Assembly: GCA_041665345.1 (NCBI GenBank)
Contig: JBAYJA010000004.1
Location: 48,122 to 112,121, forward strand
Source of the DNA: Patescibacteria group bacterium
GTDB lineage: Bacteria > Patescibacteriota > Patescibacteriia > PEXW01
DNA length: 64,000 bases
Direction of reading: 5' to 3'
The notes beneath the pieces were generated by a model that did no database searches, was not told the DNA's origin, and saw nothing but the letters and a program-made list of their open reading frames with translations. Position 1 is the first letter of the stretch, and each line of letters opens with the position of its first letter. Shown here piece after piece: positions 18,846 to 28,085 of the stretch. Position numbers and translations under genes: made by a program.

Positions 18846-21767
18846 ATGGCACATGCACATGCCTCAGCACTTCGTCATCAGTCAAAAGCATCTGTACCTC
18901 GGTTTAGTGCTTTTTTGGTCATTATTCCTGCTGCCTTAGTTGTCTCCGGATTACTCTTCTCCCTTCCCCACTTGCAAGCCGGTGGAGCAGGCTTGAGTTT
19001 TCTTGGCTTCAAAAAACCAGCGCCTAGCCAAAAGTACGTCTGCCCCAGTGCCTCCTATACAAAGGACTTTACTAGTGTCTTGAAAAATGGAGTGCCAGCC
19101 AGTTCCGCACAAACCGTAGTGGAAACCAATGCGCGGTTACTGGGCCAAGCTGAGCCAAGTAAGGATCTCATTGCGAGCCGCACAGATCTCACTGCCCGGA
19201 AAACTGCACTCCTTGGTCTCATGGCAACCGCACCAGACAAAGCCTTAGCTGCAGTTTTGAGCCCAAATATTGGGGATGCGTACCAAACATGGACGACGAA
19301 CTGCGTGGAAGAACGCGTGACCGTGACGGGAAAAGTGACGGAATATGATTATACTGCGGCGAAAGGCATTGCTCCAAAAGGGCCCGATGCACTGTTCATG
19401 TTGCAAACTGTTTCTGGTAGCACTCTTGCGCTTCAACCAGCCAAAGCACTGCACACCGCCTTTCTTACAGGCGATACGCTAACCATTACCGGCTTTCAAC
19501 TTGATGACCGTATAGTTTTTGATGGTCGGTCTTCAGTGACAGTGGATCCATCCGGCCTGGGAACTGGCTACACTGTAGCGAAGGAGAAGACTAATCGTGA
19601 TGCAGTAACCGGCCCCCAAGAGACTATTGTACTGCTGGTGAATTTCCAAAATACACCTCAGCCGGCATATCCGGTTTCAACTATTGAAAACATCGTCTTC
19701 TCACAAATGAACAGCTACTACCAGCAGAATTCGTACAACAAAATTAGCATAGTTGGTGATGTGGAAAATTGGCGGACGATCCCGATGGACACGACCTGCG
19801 ATTTTGCCTCAACCATTGGGCCAGTGGTCCAAGCTTTTGATGCCGACGTTGACTTTCGTCAGTACGAACGGCTCGTGGTGTTTGCGCCGCTTGGACCCTC
19901 ATGCCCTTTCATTGGCATCAGCAGCGTTGGGCAAACCACGGTAGCGACGAATGATGGTCCGGTTGTTATGTCAACGTCCTACATCTTGTCCAATTACGCC
20001 GGCGTTGCGCTAACCGCGCACGAGTACGGCCATGGTTTGGGTCTGCACCATGCAAGTTTTTACAATTGCCCAAATACCCCCTACCAAGAAACTGGCTGCG
20101 ATATTACTGAGTACGGCAGTCCATACAGTACCATGGGTAATCATGCACTCTTTGGCTACTTCAACGCTCTGGAAAAAGATTTCCTTGGGTGGTTTGTACC
20201 ATCCAATATCGAGACGGTAACCGAAAGTGGCACCTATACCATAGATCACCTAGAAGTTGCATCAACCAATCTGAAGGCACTGAAGTTTCAGCGCTCAGCA
20301 AATGACTTTTTGTACGCTGAATACCGGCAACCAATTGGGCATGACACAGGATTTGGATCGACGAATGCCTATGACGGTGCGCTCCTCCACATTCGCGCAA
20401 ATACGGGCGTATCTGGCCCACAGGCGAACCGTTCTTTCTTGCTTGATGCTGCGCACCCACCAGTGTGGGGAAGCGCAAATGACGCAGCGTTGACCGTTGG
20501 ACAAACTTTTGTTGACCCCCTGACCAATACTTCTGTAAAGACAGTCGAAAAGGGCGACGGGGACGTAGACATCCAGGTGCAAATTGGCAAACATGACTTT
20601 ACCGCACCGCAAGTGAGTATTACATCGCCAGCTGAGGGCAGCACGGTGAGTGGCCAATTTACCGTCACTGTTGACGCACAAGATGCATCTGGAATCGAAA
20701 AAGTTGTGTTGCAGAACGGGTCACTGTTATTCCGATCTGAAATTGGCACTGACACGCAAGCCCCGTTTGCATTTAACGTCGACAGTTCCATGTTCCCAGC
20801 CGGGATCGCGACTCTCGTTGCAGTTGCCTATGATAAGTCTGGTGCGCCCTATGGAGTGGCAAATAACTCTGGGAGCAGTGGCTTCTTTACGGTGAATATC
20901 GTGGGTGGGGATGTAACTCCTCCGACCACCAGCATGACAGCTCCGCTGAACAATACCGCTGTACGAAATCTGGTCACCGTCAGTGCCCAAGCAGATGACA
21001 ACGGATTCATTAGCCAGCTGAAGCTCTTCGTGGATGGGGTACAGAAGTTCTTCCAATTTGGTGATGCCTCCAGCATCTCCGGGGTACTGGATTTAACCCA
21101 AGGGACGCACACCGCGTATTCGGTTGCAGTAGACCAAGCAGGATTAACGACGCAAAGCGCAACTTCAACTTTCGTCGTTGACAATACTGCCCCAACCGTC
21201 AGCCTGGTGGATCCTGCTCAAGGAGCTTCCGTTTCGGCCAGCATCGCACTCACCGCCACCGCTGCGGACAATGACGCTATTCAGAAAGTGGTCTTCGTTC
21301 GCGACTCTGGCACGGTCATTGGTGAAGATCCCACCGCGCCATACAGCGTTACCTGGGATACCTCACTTGTTCCTCCTGGGCCACACACCCTTGGAGCCGT
21401 GGCGTATGACCGCGCAGGGAATACCGCAACATCAAGCACGCACGCAATCACTGTGCAGGCCACTGCTACCTACGTCTGCGGGGATAGTGACAGCAACCAA
21501 ATAGTCACCATCTCCGACGCCGTCCACCTCATCAACTACATCTTCAGCGGTGGACCCGCCCCAAGCCCCTTGGTGGCAGCGGACGCCGACGGGAGTGGCG
21601 TAGTAACCATCTCCGACTCCGTCCACCTCATCAACTACATCTTCAGCGGTGGGCCGACACCAAGCTGCGTTACCAACCCACCCAGTGTGAAACTGGCACC
21701 GGATCCAACCGAAGGCCAAACCTTGCAGAGTTTCAAAGCTGCACACCCAGAGATTTTTAGCCAGTAA
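18846..21767 (+). CDS. Secreted zinc metalloprotease (HExxH) with Ig-like/BIG repeats and C-terminal dockerin module
   Basis: 973 aa. Signal-anchor LVIIPAALVVSGLLFSL. Zinc motif TAHEYGHGLGLHHA. Repeated Ig-like domains (FTAPQVSITSPAEGSTVSGQFTVTVDAQDASGIEKV...). C-terminal dockerin repeats GDSDSNQIVTISDAVHLINYIFSGG and ADADGSGVVTISDSVHLINYIFSGG. Confidence 0.7.
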   Translation: MAHAHASALRHQSKASVPRFSAFLVIIPAALVVSGLLFSLPHLQAGGAGLSFLGFKKPAPSQKYVCPSASYTKDFTSVLKNGVPASSAQTVVETNARLLGQAEPSKDLIASRTDLTARKTALLGLMATAPDKALAAVLSPNIGDAYQTWTTNCVEERVTVTGKVTEYDYTAAKGIAPKGPDALFMLQTVSGSTLALQPAKALHTAFLTGDTLTITGFQLDDRIVFDGRSSVTVDPSGLGTGYTVAKEKTNRDAVTGPQETIVLLVNFQNTPQPAYPVSTIENIVFSQMNSYYQQNSYNKISIVGDVENWRTIPMDTTCDFASTIGPVVQAFDADVDFRQYERLVVFAPLGPSCPFIGISSVGQTTVATNDGPVVMSTSYILSNYAGVALTAHEYGHGLGLHHASFYNCPNTPYQETGCDITEYGSPYSTMGNHALFGYFNALEKDFLGWFVPSNIETVTESGTYTIDHLEVASTNLKALKFQRSANDFLYAEYRQPIGHDTGFGSTNAYDGALLHIRANTGVSGPQANRSFLLDAAHPPVWGSANDAALTVGQTFVDPLTNTSVKTVEKGDGDVDIQVQIGKHDFTAPQVSITSPAEGSTVSGQFTVTVDAQDASGIEKVVLQNGSLLFRSEIGTDTQAPFAFNVDSSMFPAGIATLVAVAYDKSGAPYGVANNSGSSGFFTVNIVGGDVTPPTTSMTAPLNNTAVRNLVTVSAQADDNGFISQLKLFVDGVQKFFQFGDASSISGVLDLTQGTHTAYSVAVDQAGLTTQSATSTFVVDNTAPTVSLVDPAQGASVSASIALTATAADNDAIQKVVFVRDSGTVIGEDPTAPYSVTWDTSLVPPGPHTLGAVAYDRAGNTATSSTHAITVQATATYVCGDSDSNQIVTISDAVHLINYIFSGGPAPSPLVAADADGSGVVTISDSVHLINYIFSGGPTPSCVTNPPSVKLAPDPTEGQTLQSFKAAHPEIFSQ

Positions 21768-21785
21768 ACATTACGGCAACAAAAA

Positions 21786-21818
21786 GAAAGAGCTCGCCAA
21801 TATGGTGAGCTCTTTTTG
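21786..21818. terminator. Bidirectional rho-independent terminator between convergent genes
   Basis: agagctcgcc-aatat-ggtgagctct, flanked by an A-run on the 5' side and ttttt on the 3' side. Confidence 0.5.
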
Positions 21819-21858
21819 ATAGAGAGACGCTGCCCATGCATGTGAACTGTACATCGTA

Positions 21859-22701
21859 CTAGTCGATTTTCAGTGAACCAGGATTGACCCAGTGCTCCTC
21901 GGTAACGTAGCAAATTGCAAGCGGCACCGGAATGCCCGGGCGCGTGAACCAGAGAAGGAATGGTTCGTCGATGATGAGATCCGGCGGCTTTGGTGCGTGT
22001 GCAGAACCAAAGACCATGGTCCGAATGTGCACCTCACTCTTCACGTGTGCGCCAACGACATTGACCCGCAGCTTCGTCGTTTGCTTGGCTGAAGCAATGA
22101 TTGCTGGGTAGTTTTCCGCGCTCGTTGTGCTCATCTTCTCCAGCCAATCAATATTCGGTGCATCGTCCAATTTCACCATGGGAAATTGCACACCATCAAA
22201 CCCGAAGTACACTGCAGTAATTTCCTCCGTGTGGGTCAGTGTACGGACATATGCATCAAGCACGGTTCCACGCAGAGGGTGAGGAGCTTGCGTGATGAAC
22301 ACGCGATCGCCCGACTTCGTTTCCAGAATTGCTATGGGGTACGGATGCACTTTGGTTGTGTATATTGCAATGTGCTCATGTGCCAGCCGCACACCGGGGA
22401 ATTCTTTCATGGTACGCGACTGCACAATGGTTCGTTCGTCACCAACCTTCACCCATTGCACAGTGACGTCCAGCACACTTGTAGCATCCACTGCCACCAG
22501 ATTGTTATCCATCTTCTCCGTGGATACCGAAGCGGTTAGTTCTGGAATCTGGTCAAGGTGTGGCCGAAGTTCCGACAAATGCATCTCCAGGAATGCACGC
22601 TGCTCTGCATTCACCGGTGTCCACTGCTCGCCTGCACCAATGGCTTTTTCGGTTTCCACCAGCGCTTTTGCCACGGGTAGCAACGTTGAGGTTGCACTCA
22701 T
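21859..22701 (-). CDS. Hypothetical protein
   Basis: The track start is TTG. ATG at 22701 (MSATSTLLPVAKALVE...) has AAAGGAG 7 nt upstream. No confident family match; serpin-like C-terminal resemblance rejected. Confidence 0.45.
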   Translation of the reverse strand: MSATSTLLPVAKALVETEKAIGAGEQWTPVNAEQRAFLEMHLSELRPHLDQIPELTASVSTEKMDNNLVAVDATSVLDVTVQWVKVGDERTIVQSRTMKEFPGVRLAHEHIAIYTTKVHPYPIAILETKSGDRVFITQAPHPLRGTVLDAYVRTLTHTEEITAVYFGFDGVQFPMVKLDDAPNIDWLEKMSTTSAENYPAIIASAKQTTKLRVNVVGAHVKSEVHIRTMVFGSAHAPKPPDLIIDEPFLLWFTRPGIPVPLAICYVTEEHWVNPGSLKID

Positions 22702-22769
22702 ATTTTCTCCTTTCAAAGAGTTTTTCTTTCCACCACCTTACGTAGTGGAACCCTCACTGTCAATAGGGA

Positions 22770-22796
22770 AAGCCGTTCACAAATTGTGAACGGCTT
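22770..22796. terminator. Perfect 12-bp-stem hairpin between two minus-strand genes (terminator/attenuator candidate)
   Basis: aagccgttcaca-aat-tgtgaacggctt. Confidence 0.35.
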
Positions 22797-22802
22797 ATTT
22801 GT

Positions 22803-23525
22803 TTACTCGTGAAGAATGAACAGGTAATCTCCAGCATCCGGTATATCCTCTGGTTTCCAGATGCATGCACTCTGGACGGAACTGAAGTGTCGGTGGAAAA
22901 CTGGCTCCAGTTTGGCAAGTGAAGTCTTGTACTCCCAACCAAGAACATCACTTCGTATGATATCAACTGCAGCCTGGACAATATCCTCCGGTGGGTTCTT
23001 CTCCAGCACGGCCAGCAAAGTTTGATAGCCGAATGCGGCGGCATTGCGTTTCCGCTCACGCTCAGTTTTGTACGGGGCAATGAACCGATCAGCGCAGATT
23101 GCTGTCCCACCGGGTTTCAGGAACGTTTTCAATTTTGCGATGAACGACGCTTGATCCTTATACGGCAAGTGATGAATGCCGGCAGTGCATACGACATAGT
23201 CAAACCGCATTCCCATATTCCATTCTTGAGTGTCCCACGTCCGAACATCTGCTTGGGTGAAACGTATCCCTGGATTGTGCACCATGGCATATGGGATGTA
23301 GCGCCAATCACAATCCACACCATAAAGCTCCAAATCCGGGCGCTTCTTCTTCAAACGACCTAGTAACTGTCCGGGTCCACACATGAGATCCAAAATCGAA
23401 CCACGTTTTGGCGCTTTTTGTGAAATTAGGTGCAGCACATTTTGGATGAGTTGTCCCCAAGGGAAAAACTGCATTTCCCGTATATACACGTCGGGATCAG
23501 GAAGAAAAAAATCTTGGTTTTTCAT
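22803..23525 (-). CDS. Class I SAM-dependent methyltransferase
   Basis: Motif ILDLMCGPGQLL (GxGxG-type SAM motif I). Start trimmed to ATG 23525 (MKNQDFF...) with AAAGGAG 5 nt upstream. Confidence 0.6.
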   Translation of the reverse strand: MKNQDFFLPDPDVYIREMQFFPWGQLIQNVLHLISQKAPKRGSILDLMCGPGQLLGRLKKKRPDLELYGVDCDWRYIPYAMVHNPGIRFTQADVRTWDTQEWNMGMRFDYVVCTAGIHHLPYKDQASFIAKLKTFLKPGGTAICADRFIAPYKTERERKRNAAAFGYQTLLAVLEKNPPEDIVQAAVDIIRSDVLGWEYKTSLAKLEPVFHRHFSSVQSACIWKPEDIPDAGDYLFILHE

Positions 23526-23707
23526 AGAACTCCTTTCGTTTGTATGTATTTCCCACCACCTTACTCGGCGGTACATTACATGTCAAGGAAGGATAAATGC
23601 TACTTGCTTATATTCGTGTGACACATCCCTTTGGCCCATGGGTTTCAAAAAGCCTCTTATAGCTTTACGGCTTACAGCTTATGGCTTCCCCTTGGTATAC
23701 TTTCCCT

Positions 23708-24313
23708 ATGCGCCTTGTCTTTGCCACCCACAACCCTGGGAAAATTCCAGAAATGCAAGCTATCTTGGCTGGACTGCCTTTGACCGTGTGCAGCGCTGAT
23801 GATGCCGGCGTGCATGAGGATGTGGTGGAGGACGGACAGACATTTGCCGAAAATGCCTTGAAGAAGGCGAGGTTCGTGGCGAAGCAGAGCGGTGAGTGGG
23901 CGGTGGCGGATGATTCTGGTCTGTGCATTGCAGCCTTGGATGGAAAACCCGGCGTATATTCCGCGCGCTGGGCCGGAGAAAGTGTATCTGGTGATGCGCT
24001 GATTGCGTACACCTTAGCCGCACTCAAGACTGTTCCTGAAGGCAAACGCCAAGCTTGGTTTGAGTCCTGCGCCGCACTGGTTGCGCCTGATGGTCGAGAA
24101 TGGACGTTCAGTGGAAAAATTACTGGCATCATTCCACTCACCCCCCGAGGAACACCCAGACCCAAGCTACCCTACGATACCATCTTCATTCCTGACGGGC
24201 ATGGCCGAACGTTTGCAGAAATGTCGGACACGGAAAAGAATAGTCTCAGCCACCGGGGACAGGCGTTTGGGGAACTTCGGAAATTTCTTCAGGAAATATT
24301 TGAAAAGGCATAA
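23708..24313 (+). CDS. rdgB: Non-canonical purine NTP pyrophosphatase (RdgB/Ham1 family ITPase)
   Basis: MRLVFATHNPGKIPEMQAIL...DDSGLCIAALDGKPGVYSARWAG...SHRGQAF. The track start 23681 lies inside an intergenic GGCTTAC repeat, so the second ATG was chosen. Confidence 0.7.
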   Translation: MRLVFATHNPGKIPEMQAILAGLPLTVCSADDAGVHEDVVEDGQTFAENALKKARFVAKQSGEWAVADDSGLCIAALDGKPGVYSARWAGESVSGDALIAYTLAALKTVPEGKRQAWFESCAALVAPDGREWTFSGKITGIIPLTPRGTPRPKLPYDTIFIPDGHGRTFAEMSDTEKNSLSHRGQAFGELRKFLQEIFEKA

Positions 24314-24315
24314 CC

Positions 24316-25125
24316 ATGTCTACTGAAATCCACCCGGTTCTCCAGCACCTGCTGGCTCGCCGGGGCAAAACCGTGCCCGTGCAGGATGGGAGAAAAATTG
24401 CCCTGGTGCTGTACGGCGGCGCCATGGCTGGTATTGTCGGTGGTGGTGCAGTCCAAGCCTTGCACGAGCTTGGACTTGACCAGGCGTTTGATCATATTTT
24501 TGCAAACTCCGCTGGGTTTTGTAATGCTTCCTACTTTTTAGCAAACCAGGTTCGGTTAGGTATCACCATCTATTCAGAAAATCTGACGAGCAAACGTTTT
24601 ATTAATCTCTGGCGATTTTGGAAAATGGTTGACGTGGACTATGCCGTGGAAGTAATGCGAAACGTGAAGCCGCTCAAAGTTGAGCATATATTAGCCTCCG
24701 CTACAAAGTTACACGTGTCATTGTATAACCAAACCACGAAAAAAGACGCTTTCCTGGAAGTGCATGACCATCCGGCACATAGCTATTTCGATATTGTACA
24801 TGCGGCGACGGCCATTCATTTTTTTCATCCTGGTGCCACCCAAATTGACAGCCAACGGTATATGGATACCAAGATTGGCCAGGAAATTAACCGACTGCAG
24901 TACGCACGCGCACTTGGCTGTACGGATATCCTGATTATTTACAACCGAAAGGAAAATACCCCGGCAAAAGACCTGAATCAAAAGGATACCTTTGAAATTC
25001 GGCCTGATAGAGATTGGAATATTTCGCAGTTTGAGAGAAATCCTACAAAATTACTTGCGGCGTGTCGAGGTATGGGTCACAAAGTGAAAGTAACATTTGG
25101 TCTGGACAAACCAATTACTATTTAA
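24316..25125 (+). CDS. Patatin-like phospholipase, paralog 1
   Basis: LVLYGGAMAGIVGGGAVQ (oxyanion GGxxxG) and FANSAG (GxSxG-like nucleophile elbow). Paralogous to 38658..39569. Starts 2 nt after the rdgB stop. Confidence 0.6.
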   Translation: MSTEIHPVLQHLLARRGKTVPVQDGRKIALVLYGGAMAGIVGGGAVQALHELGLDQAFDHIFANSAGFCNASYFLANQVRLGITIYSENLTSKRFINLWRFWKMVDVDYAVEVMRNVKPLKVEHILASATKLHVSLYNQTTKKDAFLEVHDHPAHSYFDIVHAATAIHFFHPGATQIDSQRYMDTKIGQEINRLQYARALGCTDILIIYNRKENTPAKDLNQKDTFEIRPDRDWNISQFERNPTKLLAACRGMGHKVKVTFGLDKPITI

Positions 25126-25126
25126 T

Positions 25127-25489
25127 ATGACAAAGGTGGGATCATTTCATAATCGGGTGTTCGCTGCTGTCCGTCGCATTCCCTCAGGCAGGGTAGCAAC
25201 CTATGGACAGATTGCCGGGCTCATTGGCTCACCCCGCGCAGCACAGCAGGTAGGTTGGGCCTTGCATTTACTGGAAAAACGGCCTGACCCCACTGTTCCC
25301 TGGCAGCGGGTCATCAACCGGCATGGCATGCTGTCCATTGTGAACCTACGCTACGCGGCCGATGAACAGGCCAATCTGCTCCAGGCCGAAGGGGTTGTGG
25401 TAAGCAAGAAAGACGACGTTTGGTTTGTTGATTTGGAAAAGTACCTGTGGGAACCAAAAGAAAACCCACGCTCGGTTGAACGTGGGTAA
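25127..25489 (+). CDS. Alkyltransferase-like protein (ATL; Ogt/MGMT DNA-binding domain with Trp replacing the catalytic Cys)
   Basis: MTKVGSFHNRVFAAVRRIPSGRVATYGQIAG...VPWQRVINRHG: PWQRV in place of PCHRV. ATG at 25127 lies 2 nt after the patatin stop; the track start 25097 is a non-ATG extension. Confidence 0.55.
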   Translation: MTKVGSFHNRVFAAVRRIPSGRVATYGQIAGLIGSPRAAQQVGWALHLLEKRPDPTVPWQRVINRHGMLSIVNLRYAADEQANLLQAEGVVVSKKDDVWFVDLEKYLWEPKENPRSVERG

Positions 25490-25604
25490 AGGCGCTACTT
25501 TCCTTTGGATTGATTTTTGGGTTTGCCCTTCTTCACTGGTTGGGGGTTTTTAGGCAATCCCGCTGAGCCTGTATTTGCACCAGCCACATAACCTCCTTTC
25601 TGGG

Positions 25605-26759
25605 TTAGGCGAGGATAGATGAAAAGATGTGTTTTTCTTTTACTAGTGCCTGCACGCCAAAGTGCATTTGCCAATTTTGGACGCCGTTTTGGTAGAGAAC
25701 ACGGAAAGAACTTCCTGAGTGGATTTGCGCATTCGTGTATGGTCTGACGTTTTGACCAAACCGTGACGTTCCACGTTGGAGCTCAGTCAGGGTAAATGCA
25801 ATCGCGTATGGCGCGCGGTACGTGGCATCAGCATCAATAACAAAGGTCTCGGTTGGACTGACGGATTGGGGGTAGAAAGTAACTTCCACACCCTCAAGGA
25901 CAAATTGTATTGCGCCTGGCGCAACGATTGCCTGCTCAACTGCGGAACAAAACCTAGCCTTTCCAACAACCTGCGCAAGTTTGGCAATATCCTCAGCCAC
26001 GTAGATTCGAAAGTGGATGGGCCGAAGTGTGTTAGCCGCAACAATTTGCTGCCAGGCAATGTTGAACTCGTGCTGATTCAATGCGAACAGTGCAATTTTA
26101 GGTCGGGCAGGGGTTAAGGTGGTAACGTGCCATTCGCCTACTTGATGCGGGAGTGCGTTTTCCGTAGCCAAAATACTTGCATAATTCAGTTTGGTTACGG
26201 TGAAAAGCGAGTGTACCCGGCCATTTGGCTGGAGGTAGGTTTGCGCCTCCGCAATCCCTCGCATTGCCTGTGCATACGATTTTGCATTTCCCCGTTGGAG
26301 ATTGTGAATCTGCTCAGGACCGTCCAGAGAAATGTCCAGCCAGTCAAAAGCAAACCCAGACGTATGCAAACTTCGGTCATGCACGAGGTATGAACCATTA
26401 TCAATCATGCCAATCTTGATGTCTGGTCGGGCTTTCCGAACAGCCAGCAGCCAGGCGAGATGCTGCGGACGGAAGATCCTGCCTTCATGGACAAGGCAGG
26501 CACCCTCTGGCATCTGCTGGGCAATATGGAGGACTACTACATCCAGGTCAGAACAATGTGACATTTTGTCAGAAGACGTCTCTGCTTGAAAAATGCAGTG
26601 TTTACATTGGAGGTTGCAGGTTCTTTCCGCTACAACAGAGAGAATATGCGGGGGCTCCTGCGCAAGTGCAGCGTACATATTTTCAATGAGCCATTTATCC
26701 TGGCTATTCTCCACAACCAGAGCGTACCAGAGATCAATTGATGTGTATTTTTGTTGCAT
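25605..26759 (-). CDS. Radical SAM domain protein
   Basis: CNLQCKHC = CxxxCxxC cluster near the N-terminus. 384 aa. Confidence 0.55.
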   Translation of the reverse strand: MQQKYTSIDLWYALVVENSQDKWLIENMYAALAQEPPHILSVVAERTCNLQCKHCIFQAETSSDKMSHCSDLDVVVLHIAQQMPEGACLVHEGRIFRPQHLAWLLAVRKARPDIKIGMIDNGSYLVHDRSLHTSGFAFDWLDISLDGPEQIHNLQRGNAKSYAQAMRGIAEAQTYLQPNGRVHSLFTVTKLNYASILATENALPHQVGEWHVTTLTPARPKIALFALNQHEFNIAWQQIVAANTLRPIHFRIYVAEDIAKLAQVVGKARFCSAVEQAIVAPGAIQFVLEGVEVTFYPQSVSPTETFVIDADATYRAPYAIAFTLTELQRGTSRFGQNVRPYTNAQIHSGSSFRVLYQNGVQNWQMHFGVQALVKEKHIFSSILA

Positions 26760-26931
26760 GTTTTTTGCTCCACTCTTTTTTTGTCCGCTCAGTATCTCTC
26801 AAATATGAATGTTGTCAATTAATATATCTAATATATTGTCATAAATACCAATAAATAATAGGTATTATTAAAAGTATTGGATAGTTGTCAGAAGTATTGA
26901 CAGATTAATCAATTTTCACTATCCTCTACTT

Positions 26932-27663
26932 ATGGAAAAAATCTTAGAAAGCTTAATGAATATTGGACTCAACCGGAAAGAAGCGCAGGTGTACTACGCC
27001 CTGCTACAGCTGGGGCAAAGCTCTGCGCAAGCAGTAGCCCAAAAGGCAGGTCTGAAGCGACCAACAACCTACCTTATCCTGGGTGAGCTCATGCAACGCA
27101 GCCTGGTATTGAAGGTGCCCAAACTCCGGAAGCAAATGTTCATTGCAAAATCACCGCGTGCGTTTGTGGCAGCAGCCGAAGAAAGACTCCAAGCCACCAA
27201 AGCCATGCTCCCCGCCTTGGAAGCAGCAACGAAAGCGCAGGAAAAGGTCCGAACCTTGTACTTCGAAGGTGTGTCCGGCATTCGTGAAGCATTGTTCTAC
27301 CGAATACCTGAATTTGCAGGTACAGAAATCAATGCCTTTTTTGGCAACTCCAAAGCAGCTTCAGACGCCTTAAACCAGGTTTTCCATGAATGGAATGCAA
27401 AAGTGTTTCAGGTAGGTGCAACCATTCGATCTATTGTCCCAAAAGCTCCCTTTCTGGAACAATTCCGGAAGCAGGATACAGCATATAACTTCCTTTCAAA
27501 AATTGTTCCGCCTGATCTCTATACCTCACGATGTTCCATTGACATCACTCCATTCTTCGTTCGGGTCATTCTCTTCAAGGAGGAGCAGGCAGTGATCATT
27601 GAAAGTCCTGATGCGGCAAGAGCAATGAAAGAAATTTTTGAGATGGTGTACCGTCAGGAGTAG
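26932..27663 (+). CDS. TrmB-family transcriptional regulator, paralog 1
   Basis: N-terminal wHTH MEKILESLMNIGLNRKEAQVYYALLQLGQSSAQAVAQKAGLKRPTTYLILGEL. Confidence 0.6.
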   Translation: MEKILESLMNIGLNRKEAQVYYALLQLGQSSAQAVAQKAGLKRPTTYLILGELMQRSLVLKVPKLRKQMFIAKSPRAFVAAAEERLQATKAMLPALEAATKAQEKVRTLYFEGVSGIREALFYRIPEFAGTEINAFFGNSKAASDALNQVFHEWNAKVFQVGATIRSIVPKAPFLEQFRKQDTAYNFLSKIVPPDLYTSRCSIDITPFFVRVILFKEEQAVIIESPDAARAMKEIFEMVYRQE

Positions 27664-27747
27664 AAAATATTGAGATCTGCCAACATGTGCAAGGTATAGA
27701 CATGAAGCAATATTTATGGAAAGCTACCTGAAGTAGCGTCACATTTT

Positions 27748-27821
27748 GCGGGCATCGTATAATGGTAATACCTCAGCTTTCCAAGCTGATGCCGGGGGTT
27801 CGATTCCCCCTGCCCGCTCCA
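27748..27821 (+). tRNA. tRNA-Gly (anticodon UCC), CCA encoded
   Basis: GCGGGCATCGTATAATGGTAATACCTCAGCTTTCCAAGCTGATGCCGGGGGTTCGATTCCCCCTGCCCGCTCCA folds as a cloverleaf with a 7-bp acceptor stem, anticodon loop TTTCCAA (anticodon TCC) and a T-arm GGGGG-TTCGATT-CCCCC. Confidence 0.8.
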
Positions 27822-28085
27822 TGAACCACTCGCTGCGCTCGGGTTCATGGCAAGCCAGCATTTAGTGATTCAGGCCAACTCGTTTCGCACGTCAAACTCC
27901 ATATGACGCGGTTTTGCCGCATCCACTTTGGCCTGCCTCTTGGCCGGAGGCTGAGCGAAGCTCCCGCACCAGTTCATTTCAATCCGGTACGGGGCAGACT
28001 CGTTTTACCCTGGAAGGACTTGACATTCTTTCTCTTTTTGCTAAGCTGGGCGATAAACAAAATCTTTACAAGGAAGGGGTTACCC

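Noticed and set aside
21859-22701. Serpin-like C-terminal motif (DLIIDEPFLLWF) in the hypothetical protein
   Set aside because: The protein is only about 280 aa (serpins are about 400). It lacks the N-terminal serpin blocks and a recognisable reactive-centre hinge, so the resemblance is probably fortuitous.
27822-27902. Hairpin atgaacc...ggttcat just 3' of tRNA-Gly as a terminator
   Set aside because: The stem is short (7 bp) with a 14-nt loop and no T-run. It was not called as a feature.
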